64,000 nucleotides of DNA, taken from the NCBI GenBank assembly GCA_023397475.1, contig JAEWUD010000047.1:3543-67542 (forward strand), written 5' to 3'. Source of the DNA: Bacillota bacterium (GTDB lineage Bacteria > Bacillota > Clostridia > Saccharofermentanales > Saccharofermentanaceae). The position numbers and the translations under genes were made by a program. Below, one piece after another: positions 36,073 to 43,902 of the stretch (within the stretch, counting starts at the first letter, position 1; every line of letters starts with the position of its first letter). The notes under the pieces were generated by a model. That model made no database searches. It had not been told where the DNA came from and worked only from the letters and a program-made list of their open reading frames with translations.

Positions 36073-37212
36073 ATGTTCTGGCATGTTTTCTACTACAACA
36101 TCAAAACAACGATCCGGGACAGGGAGCTGATTTTCTGGACGCTTGGCTTCCCGGTAATACTGGCAACATTCTTCGGATTTGCCTTCACCAATATCAGTCA
36201 GTCGGCAGATTTTGATGCGATTCCCATGGGTGTTGTGGAGACGGTCGAATACCAGGAAGACACTCGTTTTCAGGAACTGCTCAAAGATCACAGTTCTGAT
36301 GAAGACCCGATGTTCTCGATCACAAACTATCCGGATGAGGAGAGCGCTAAATCAGCTCTCAAAGATAAGGAAATCCGTGGATACATTGTCGTCGAGGATA
36401 CGATCCAAATGGCCGTGGCAGGCTCGGAAATCGGCGAATCGATCATGAAACAATTTTTCGACTATTACCTACAGATGACGTCCGCATCGGAACGGATTCT
36501 TGCAGACGATCCGATGAACGGACTAAGAATCGGCGATGTTCTCGGTCAGGAGATCACATATCTCAAGGACGAGGAATCGCAGACCAATACTCCCGACAGT
36601 GCTCTCACGTATTACTATGCCTTGATTGCAATGACTTGTCTGTACGCAGCATTCCACGGAATCAAGCAAGTTAGCCTGGTACAAGCCAACCAATCTGCCG
36701 AGGCGGCGCGCATCAGCCTGACTCCGGTGAATAAATTGAAGATTTTCTTCGGATCCATTCTATCCGTGCTTCTGGTTCAGTTCTTTTCGATCACACTGTT
36801 ACTCGCGTACATGCATTTTGTCCAGGGCGTCGATTTTGGCAATAATATTCCGTTCATTCTGTTTGCGGCTGCGGTTGGTTGCTTGTTCGGTGTTTCATTT
36901 GGAGCATTTCTCGGCGTATTGATCAAGGGTGGAGAGGGAATCAAGACAGCTGTGATTATCTCCTTCACGATGACCATGTCCTATTTCGCCGGTCTGATGA
37001 ATGCCGGGGCCAAGCTGGACACAGTGAAGAACCTGCCGTTCATGGCGTACCTGAACCCCGCAACATTGATCGCGGATTCCTTCTACGCACTCTACTACTA
37101 CCACACATATGATCGCTTTTTGCAGAACATCTCGATTCTGCTTGTGATGACGGTCGTATTAATTACCGGATTTACTCTGATCATGAGGAGGCAGCAATAT
37201 GAAAGTCTTTGA
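36073..37212 (+). CDS. ABC-2 type transporter permease
   Basis: An N-terminal TM, a large extracytoplasmic loop, then 5 C-terminal TM helices. RBS AAGGAGG. Confidence 0.8.
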   Translation: MFWHVFYYNIKTTIRDRELIFWTLGFPVILATFFGFAFTNISQSADFDAIPMGVVETVEYQEDTRFQELLKDHSSDEDPMFSITNYPDEESAKSALKDKEIRGYIVVEDTIQMAVAGSEIGESIMKQFFDYYLQMTSASERILADDPMNGLRIGDVLGQEITYLKDEESQTNTPDSALTYYYALIAMTCLYAAFHGIKQVSLVQANQSAEAARISLTPVNKLKIFFGSILSVLLVQFFSITLLLAYMHFVQGVDFGNNIPFILFAAAVGCLFGVSFGAFLGVLIKGGEGIKTAVIISFTMTMSYFAGLMNAGAKLDTVKNLPFMAYLNPATLIADSFYALYYYHTYDRFLQNISILLVMTVVLITGFTLIMRRQQYESL

Positions 37213-38380
37213 TGTCTACGGAAGAATTATTAAGAGAAACCTGCCGGCCTTGTCGATCTACTTCGCGATCTTCTGTGTCTTTGCGGCCCTCCTGTCCATG
37301 AGCGGAAATGATGCAATTACGGGCTATTTCGAGAAACAGAGTCGCGTGATGATTATTAATCACGATTCTTCGAATCCGGTAACCGACGGACTGGTCGAAT
37401 ACCTTTCTTCCAATAGCAAGGTGATCACAGCGGTCGACACGCTCGAGGGCAAAGCAGATTCACTTTTCTATGAGGAGTCCCAGTACATTCTGACCATACC
37501 GGAAGGGTTCGGAGAGAGCCTCATAGCCAATGAAACACCGGATCTCTTGCAGAAACTCACGGTCGACGGATCATCCGCTGACGTGAAAACCAATCTGTTG
37601 ATCGAGAAGTACCTGAACACTTTCCGCCTTTATGTGAAGACCATGGAAATTCTCCCGACAGATACCGCAGCACTGGAAGAGATTCGTACGAACGTCAAAG
37701 AGGATCTGGCAGAACAAGTCTCTGTCGAGTTTCAGGGGGCGGAGCGTAAGGCCGGGATCGAGAAAGCCGGCCAGTTCTTCAAATACATGCCGTATTCGAT
37801 GATTTCGATACTGATTCTCGGAATAACCTCGGTCATGCAGGTCTTCAATCAGAAGGATCTCAAGCGTCGCACAATGTGTGCTCCTGTTTCCCAGCAGAGA
37901 ATCAGCCTCTCGCTGTTTGTCGGTAATCTTTGTTTTGCGGTCGTCGCATGGCTGGCTCTTGTAGTAACCGCCGCATTTCTTACAGGATTTCCGCTCAGCG
38001 ATCCGCGCTTTCTCCTGATGTGCCTGGAAGCTCTAGTCTTCACGATGGCGGCGCTATCACTATCCTTTTTCTGCAGCATCTTCATCAAGACCCCCGCCGC
38101 CCAACACTCTTTTGCCAACGTTATCGCCCTCGGTACCAGCTTTATCAGCGGAGTATTCGTACCCTTGTCAATGCTCGGAGAGAATGTCAAACATGTGGCG
38201 AGCTTCACGCCGACCTACTGGTACGTCAGCGGTATCGAGACAACGGCGGCATTGACCACCTTTGGTTGGGAAGATCTCAAGTACATCGTCCTGGCCATGG
38301 CGATTCAGCTTCTCTTCGCGGCGGTATTTCTGGCGCTGGCTCTGGTACTGACAAGACAAAGAAAAAGGAAAGAAGTGTAA
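37199..38380 (+). CDS. ABC-2 type transporter permease (second subunit)
   Basis: Same topology as the preceding gene. Overlaps it by 14 nt. RBS GAGGAGG. Confidence 0.8.
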   Translation: MKVFDVYGRIIKRNLPALSIYFAIFCVFAALLSMSGNDAITGYFEKQSRVMIINHDSSNPVTDGLVEYLSSNSKVITAVDTLEGKADSLFYEESQYILTIPEGFGESLIANETPDLLQKLTVDGSSADVKTNLLIEKYLNTFRLYVKTMEILPTDTAALEEIRTNVKEDLAEQVSVEFQGAERKAGIEKAGQFFKYMPYSMISILILGITSVMQVFNQKDLKRRTMCAPVSQQRISLSLFVGNLCFAVVAWLALVVTAAFLTGFPLSDPRFLLMCLEALVFTMAALSLSFFCSIFIKTPAAQHSFANVIALGTSFISGVFVPLSMLGENVKHVASFTPTYWYVSGIETTAALTTFGWEDLKYIVLAMAIQLLFAAVFLALALVLTRQRKRKEV

Positions 38381-38404
38381 CGTATTCGACAATAGGAATG
38401 CAAG

Positions 38405-38448
38405 GGGCTGTCTCATGACGAGAGTTGAGAGACAGCCCTTCTTTATAT
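38405..38448 (+). terminator. Intrinsic terminator of the ABC operon
   Basis: GGGCTGTCTC-14 nt-GAGACAGCCC followed by TTCTTTATATT. Confidence 0.7.
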
Positions 38449-38541
38449 TAAAAGGGTTAAGAGGCGAGCATATCTCAGAGCGCTGACGGCAGTACGAGAA
38501 TACAATACTCGGGGAGGCGGGCGCCGCGGGCGTTATGATTT

Positions 38542-39196
38542 GTGGACGAAACCGGTCATTCGAGGCACTTTCGTCCACAAGGGGAGCCCCGCTGGGTGCC
38601 ACTGGCGTTGAGATTTGTGGGCGTACGAAAAAACGGTTTGGAGCATGTTTCGTATATGCATCAATGACAAATAACGGCTCCAGAAAGGCCGCCGCACATA
38701 CGAAATCCTGTGAAGTAGGCAGTTTCGTATGTGCATCAATGACAAAATAACCGTCGCCGGGTCACCGGCGCACATACGAAAAGCTGTGAAGGAGGCAGTT
38801 TCGTATCTGCGTCAATGATAAATTACCGCTCTGGGATTGCTGGCGCACATACGAAATCCCGGGTTGAAGCATGTTTCGTATGTGCATCATTGACAAATAA
38901 CGCCTCTGGGAAACCTAGCGCACATACGAAAACCTGTGAAGGAGGCAGTTTCGTATGTGCATCAATGACAAATATCGGCTCCAGCAAGGCCGCCGCACAT
39001 ACGAAATCCTGTGAAGGAGGCAGTTTCGTATGTGCATCAATGATAAATAACCGCTCTGGGATTGCTGGCGCACATACGAAAACCCGTTAAGATGTCTGTT
39101 TCGTATGTGCATCAATGATAAATAACCGCTCCAGCAAGGACGCCGGACATACGAAAACCCGTGAAAGACCCTGTTTCGTATGTGCCTCATTAATAT
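38542..39196. repeat. Tandem 75-bp hairpin repeat array C (about 9 units)
   Basis: GTTTCGTATGTGC arm at 38647, 38722, 38797, 38873, 38947, 39023, 39098 and 39173. Each unit is GCACATACGAAA + 16-nt loop + GTTTCGTATGTGC + ATCAATGACAAA... 34-nt spacer. The first unit uses GTGGACGAAA/TTTCGTCCAC. Confidence 0.92.
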
Positions 39197-39375
39197 ATAT
39201 TTCTACTTGCCCAGACTAGCCCAACTACGAATCACTACAGCCTTCATTATCTCGAAGTCATAACTCAGAATGCGAGCATATGATGAGCTTCCCCTACATA
39301 GGATCGAAGATTCTGGATCTACGGAAGTGAGAAATATTCGAGTCCTGCAACATCGTCATTTGAAAATGTAACAAG

Positions 39376-39412
39376 GCAGTCTCTCAACATGCGTTTTGAG
39401 ACTGCTTATTTA
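39376..39412 (+). terminator. Orphan intrinsic terminator-like hairpin
   Basis: GCAGTCTC-14 nt-GAGACTGC followed by TTATTTA. No CDS lies upstream. Confidence 0.4.
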
Positions 39413-39547
39413 CGTGGACAAATGTAAGAGAAGTTTTTGCTCTATATCCTGGATCTGTGGAACGATAGATATAGGTGCTTGTAGAGAAATGCCTGCCGAA
39501 CAAGAAGGCTTAACCTTGGGGATTATGGATGTGAATCGAGAATCACG

Positions 39548-39672
39548 TCTGCAAGCAGTGCTCCGCACAAGCGGTGCTCCGCTGGGCTCTGTTACACTCG
39601 CACAAGCAGTGCTCTGCCGGCCTCCGTTACATTCGCACTAGCGGTGCTTCGCCGGGCTCTGTTACATCCGCA
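39548..39672. repeat. 35-bp tandem repeat (3 full units plus partial units)
   Basis: GCACAAGCGGTGCTCCGCTGGGCTCTGTTACACTC-type units start at 39565, 39600 and 39635. Confidence 0.8.
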
Positions 39673-39763
39673 GATTTGTTACTACAAGCCCAAGTATTTT
39701 ACAAGGATCACGTTCTTACCTATAATGAATCTGCCAAGGAAACGGCCAGAAGGAGTGATTCCA

Positions 39764-40963
39764 ATGAACGATGTGCTTACGAAATCTATGCTCGAAGAGA
39801 GAATACACAAGTTGCTCGCCGCACTGCAGGCGGCGGATGATTCATATGATACTGTGATCCTTACCCGAAAAATTAACCAGTATTACTATACCGGAACCAT
39901 GCAGGATGGCTTGCTGATCCTTCGGCGAGACGGTCAGGTTTTTTATTTCGTGCGAAAAAGCGCGGAGCGCGCCAAACAGGAATCTCCTCTTGCCGTTGTC
40001 GTACCGATTCGGTCGTACGCGGATATTCGAGCCTATCTGCCGGAGAATCTCGGCTCCGTGTATCTCGAGACCGAATCGATGCCTCTGGCGATGATCGAGA
40101 GAATTCGGAAGTATTTTCATATGGATCGAATCACCCCGGTGGATCGCATTATCTCGCTGGAACGTTCTGTGAAGACGGCATATGAACTGGAATTCATACG
40201 CGAGAGCGGCAGACTGCATTGCAAAGCCCTGGAAGAGAAAGTGCCGATGCTGCTTCAGGAAGGAATCTGCGAGGCCGATTTTACGGCGCGTCTTTATTCG
40301 GAACTTGTACAAATGGGTCATCACGGAGTATCCCGTTTCTCGATGTATCAGGTCGAGATGATCGTCGGCCAGCTCGGATTCGGTGTGACTTCGATGTATC
40401 CGACCTATTTTGACGGACCGGGCGGAATGCAGGGACTCTGTCCGGCGGTTCCCCTTCTGGGTCGCCGTGATGTCTTTCTTCGCAAGGGGGATATCGTGTT
40501 CGTCGATGTCGGATTTGGGTATCTGGGCTATCAGACCGATAAAACACAAGTATATTCTTTCGGGGCCGAACCGTCAGAGTTGGTCACGCGTACGCATACG
40601 GCCTGTATTGATGTCATGAACAAGGCAAGCCAGGCGATGCGCCCCGGTCTTCAGTGCCAGCAGGTATATCATCAGGCGATGAGAGATCTTCCGGAGGTCC
40701 TTAGATCTTCGGATTATTTCATGGGTTACAAAGAAGAGCGCGTGAAGTTCCTCGGTCACGGCGTAGGCCTAGAGATTGACGAGCTTCCGGTCATCGCAGA
40801 TAAGGTGGCGACGCCGATTTGCGAGAGCATGGTGATCGCTCTTGAACCGAAATGCGGAATCGAAGGCATCGGTATGGTCGGGGTGGAGGAGACTTTCCTG
40901 ATCGGACCGGACGGTGCCGAATGCCTTACCGGGGGACCTTCGCCGATCATGAGGGTCTCCTGA
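39764..40963 (+). CDS. M24 family metallopeptidase (Xaa-Pro peptidase-like)
   Basis: Creatinase/prolidase N-domain plus a pita-bread C-domain (VDVGFGYLGYQTD, GHGVGLEIDE, ALEP, VEET). ATG behind GAAGGAG. Confidence 0.85.
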   Translation: MNDVLTKSMLEERIHKLLAALQAADDSYDTVILTRKINQYYYTGTMQDGLLILRRDGQVFYFVRKSAERAKQESPLAVVVPIRSYADIRAYLPENLGSVYLETESMPLAMIERIRKYFHMDRITPVDRIISLERSVKTAYELEFIRESGRLHCKALEEKVPMLLQEGICEADFTARLYSELVQMGHHGVSRFSMYQVEMIVGQLGFGVTSMYPTYFDGPGGMQGLCPAVPLLGRRDVFLRKGDIVFVDVGFGYLGYQTDKTQVYSFGAEPSELVTRTHTACIDVMNKASQAMRPGLQCQQVYHQAMRDLPEVLRSSDYFMGYKEERVKFLGHGVGLEIDELPVIADKVATPICESMVIALEPKCGIEGIGMVGVEETFLIGPDGAECLTGGPSPIMRVS

Positions 40964-41029
40964 ACGTTCTTCTTACGGCGATGCGTAGGATTTTGCCGCG
41001 GATATGCATGGAAAGCTTAAGGGCTATGT

Positions 41030-41437
41030 TCAATCGCTGATTCCCTTTTCAAGAGCGTTGGTGACAGCGCTTTTAATCGTGTCACTTGAGAGGGTGGCTC
41101 CGCTTATGGAGTCGACCGCCACGCGGTTTTGCCCGGTGATATCGTCGACGATAACCTCGGCTTTCTCACCCATGCCGTTCTTGTGTTCTATCAGCTCAAT
41201 ATCGGCAATGGCATGGTCTTGTACCGTAACCCTGACCCTGACGTAGACAAGTCCTGCATCCGCTTCGCCCTCGTACGAGCCGTCGGAGACCTTTGTCATG
41301 TCGACATCATGAATCTCAAGATTCGCTTGACCGGACGCGGCGGTTCGTCCCATAGCGAGAAAACCGGCTATACCGGCGATGACCAGGATGACAACGATAG
41401 CGGATACGATCAGAAGGGATTTCTTTTTTGCGCTCAT
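41030..41437 (-). CDS. FMN-binding domain protein with an N-terminal TM anchor
   Basis: A TM helix followed by an FMN_bind domain ending DSISGATLSSDTIKSAV. Confidence 0.8.
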   Translation of the reverse strand: MSAKKKSLLIVSAIVVILVIAGIAGFLAMGRTAASGQANLEIHDVDMTKVSDGSYEGEADAGLVYVRVRVTVQDHAIADIELIEHKNGMGEKAEVIVDDITGQNRVAVDSISGATLSSDTIKSAVTNALEKGISD

Positions 41438-41462
41438 ACGAATACCTCATTCAATTTTTTCG

Positions 41463-42044
41463 TTAGGGAAGAAGACCTCGGGTCACGATGTCAAACTCGA
41501 CTTGAAAACGCGCCTTGGCTTCGTCAAACGTCAAGTCGGGAAGACGACTCAACATAAGATGAAAGCCGTGAAATGAACTCCAGATCGCAAACGCTGTCCT
41601 CTCGGGATCTGACGGCCGAATTCTGCCGTCACTCATTGCCTTCTCCAGATGTCTGGCGAGCATTGCAAGGCGCGGAGAGGTTCCCGTGGATTTGCGACTG
41701 TACTTCCGAGTAACGATCAACATATATTTCTCGGATTCTTCGTACGCGAGTTGCATCATTCGGTAGAAGACGCCATGAATCATCTCGAAAATATCGTCCT
41801 TATCCGTCAGAATGGAGCGGATCTCTTGGTCCAGCCAATCAAACTGAGCTTTCTCAATCTCGTCGATGATTTCTTGACGGTCGACGAAATAGTGATAGAT
41901 TACTCCGGTGGAATAATTCATTCGCTTGCTGATCTTGCGCACAGAAACAGCAGGAAAGCCCTCCTCGAGACCGATTGCCAAAGCGGTATCCAGAATCTCC
42001 TGCCTTGTCTTATCGCTGCGTTCTTTCTGATAATCTCGAACCAT
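41463..42044 (-). CDS. TetR/AcrR family transcriptional regulator
   Basis: HTH VSVRKISKRMNYSTGVIYHYF. Start ATG 42044 behind GGAGGA. Confidence 0.88.
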   Translation of the reverse strand: MVRDYQKERSDKTRQEILDTALAIGLEEGFPAVSVRKISKRMNYSTGVIYHYFVDRQEIIDEIEKAQFDWLDQEIRSILTDKDDIFEMIHGVFYRMMQLAYEESEKYMLIVTRKYSRKSTGTSPRLAMLARHLEKAMSDGRIRPSDPERTAFAIWSSFHGFHLMLSRLPDLTFDEAKARFQVEFDIVTRGLLP

Positions 42045-42073
42045 GATCTCCTCCAAAAATAACTGAGTTCAAA

Positions 42074-42092
42074 AACATAACGGCGTTATGTT
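42074..42092. promoter_or_regulatory. Perfect palindrome AACATAAC-GGC-GTTATGTT; candidate TetR operator
   Basis: 8-bp arms, 30-48 nt upstream of the TetR start at 42044. Confidence 0.35.
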
Positions 42093-42098
42093 AATAAA

Positions 42099-42341
42099 CT
42101 AACAGACGGGTAATATTCTTGTCAAGGTTGGATTTCCTTTGGCATGATGTTGGGCGGTCAATACAAAAGACGCGAAGTCGATGTTTTTCTCATCATCTCT
42201 TCGCGTCTTTCTTGTGTAAGCTCTTGGATTCTCACTTCTTCGTGTCACCGGGTTGATGTCTCCCCAGGTGCCGCGTCGCTTGCTGTCCGCTTCTTTCTTC
42301 ATGCGTTTCGACAGCTTCTCATAAGGAACATAGCGATCCAT
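42099..42341 (-). CDS. Small basic hypothetical protein
   Basis: MDRYVPYEKLSKRMKKEADSKRRGTWGDINPVTRRSENPRAY... behind GAGGAGGA. The N-terminus looks like a small protein family I recall from Clostridia. Confidence 0.55.
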   Translation of the reverse strand: MDRYVPYEKLSKRMKKEADSKRRGTWGDINPVTRRSENPRAYTRKTRRDDEKNIDFASFVLTAQHHAKGNPTLTRILPVC

Positions 42342-42423
42342 AATCATTCCTCCTCGCTGTAATGCTCACTCATTGTAGCAAAGAGTGGCAAGAACTCGCA
42401 AGTGATGTCATGTCGACACGTTC

Positions 42424-43023
42424 TTATGCGCTTAACAACGAAAGAATCATCCGGATCAGGAGTTTTTTCATCACAACATAATCGAGATTTTCATCTCGTG
42501 AGAAGACAAGCTCATGGACATATTGCTCTACTAAAGTCATCATCAGGTGCATCTTCTCGCGAGGGAAATCGAAGGGAATTCCGAGTTCGGCGACAATACG
42601 TACGAGCTCATCATTCATACGCGCGTAGCTCTCGTCAAAAAATGACTTTACCTCGGGGTCGGAGAAAGAAAGGGCGGAAATCTCAGCGTAGGCGGCCGGG
42701 GAAGAGTCGTGACTTGCAATCACCGCTTCAATAATGTCATCGATGATCTTCTCATAGTCGAGCGGCAGGGAGAGTGAGGAGAAGACTTTGCGAATTCGCT
42801 CGTTAAATAATGCGAAATACATCGGCAAGGACGCAATAAAGATCTCGTGTTTGTCTTCGAAATATCTGTAGACAATACCGGTCGAAACACCGGCGCGTTT
42901 GGCAATTTCAGCGGTATTGGTATTGCGCATGCCTTTCTCATTGAAAAGAGCGTATCCGGCTTCGATAATCCGGTTTTTCTTATCAATGGAACGTCGCTGC
43001 TTCGGCTCGGATGTAGCTTTCAC
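42424..43023 (-). CDS. TetR/AcrR family transcriptional regulator
   Basis: HTH TNTAEIAKRAGVSTGIVYRYF. Divergent from the ABC transporter operon. Confidence 0.88.
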   Translation of the reverse strand: MKATSEPKQRRSIDKKNRIIEAGYALFNEKGMRNTNTAEIAKRAGVSTGIVYRYFEDKHEIFIASLPMYFALFNERIRKVFSSLSLPLDYEKIIDDIIEAVIASHDSSPAAYAEISALSFSDPEVKSFFDESYARMNDELVRIVAELGIPFDFPREKMHLMMTLVEQYVHELVFSRDENLDYVVMKKLLIRMILSLLSA

Positions 43024-43117
43024 TGTGTATTCCTCCGCAAATTCTATGCTTCCATTCTCAGCATATCCTAAAATAAACGATTGTCAAACAGAATGTGAAA
43101 CAATATTCATATTCATG

Positions 43118-43146
43118 TTGACGCGAATGAATCTCGGCCTTATCAT
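43118..43146 (+). promoter_or_regulatory. Candidate sigma-A promoter of the MacB-type ABC operon
   Basis: TTGACG - 17 nt - TATCAT. The ATTCAT-N10-ATGAAT inverted repeat overlaps the -35 element and is a possible TetR operator. Confidence 0.5.
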
Positions 43147-43184
43147 GAAAGTGAAATCAATTTCAAATAAATAGGCGGACGGTG

Positions 43185-43889
43185 ATGATCATGAATATCT
43201 CGTTTCGATACTTGAGCAAGAGTTACGGAGCAATCCCTGCAAAAACAACGGTTCTGCAAAGTGTGGCTGCGGAAATCCGGGATGGTGAGGTTTGCGCGAT
43301 TCTGGGACCCTCGGGTAGTGGCAAGTCGACGCTTCTTCAGCTCATCGGCGGTCTTGAAAGTGCCGACGAGGGAAGTATTGTCGTCGCGGGGCGGGACATC
43401 ACCAAGATGTCTCCCCGCGAGATCGGAAGATACAGGAGAGAACTTTTGGGTTTCGTATTTCAGTTTTACAATCTGATTCCGAATCTGACCGTTCGCGAGA
43501 ATATTGAACTCTGTGCGAATTTGACACGAAACCCGGTGCCGGTCGATGACCTTCTTACGGAAATCGGAATGATAGAGCATAAAAATAAGTTTCCCGCACA
43601 ATTATCCGGCGGTCAGCAACAGCGCTGCGCCATCGCGCGAGCCTTGGTTAAGAAGCCTCCGATCCTCCTGTGCGACGAACCGACCGGAGCCTTGGACTCA
43701 CAAAATGCCAGAGAGATCATGTGCCTTCTGGAACGAGTTAATCGAGAATTCGGAACGACAATTCTGATCGTGTCTCACAATCCTGTCATCGTCGACACGG
43801 TTCATCACGTTCTCCAACTTAAGGACGGCAGAATTGTTTCCGATCGGGTGAATACATCACCGGTTGCTGCCGCAAAGCTGGATTGGTAA
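43185..43889 (+). CDS. ABC transporter ATP-binding protein (MacB/LolD-like)
   Basis: GPSGSGKST, LSGGQQQR and LLCDEPTGALD motifs. The start is ambiguous among 43182, 43185 and 43191. Confidence 0.9.
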   Translation: MIMNISFRYLSKSYGAIPAKTTVLQSVAAEIRDGEVCAILGPSGSGKSTLLQLIGGLESADEGSIVVAGRDITKMSPREIGRYRRELLGFVFQFYNLIPNLTVRENIELCANLTRNPVPVDDLLTEIGMIEHKNKFPAQLSGGQQQRCAIARALVKKPPILLCDEPTGALDSQNAREIMCLLERVNREFGTTILIVSHNPVIVDTVHHVLQLKDGRIVSDRVNTSPVAAAKLDW

Positions 43890-43902
43890 GGGAGTGAAGA
43901 AA

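Noticed and set aside
38815-39090. A Cys/Ser/Thr-rich 25-aa repeat ORF (…FVCASMTNIGSSKAAAHTKSCEGGS…) as a multi-core RiPP precursor
   Set aside because: There is no Shine-Dalgarno. The frame is broken by TAA in neighbouring units. No modification, transport or immunity genes are dedicated to it. The opposite strand is equally open.
38542-39196. Could the regularly spaced repeats (also at 1381-1680 and 5290-5737) be CRISPR arrays?
   Set aside because: The segments between the conserved arms are themselves repeated and related from unit to unit, so there are no unique spacers. The period is 75 bp built from inverted arms rather than a 28-37-bp direct repeat plus spacer. No cas genes or leader are present in the window.
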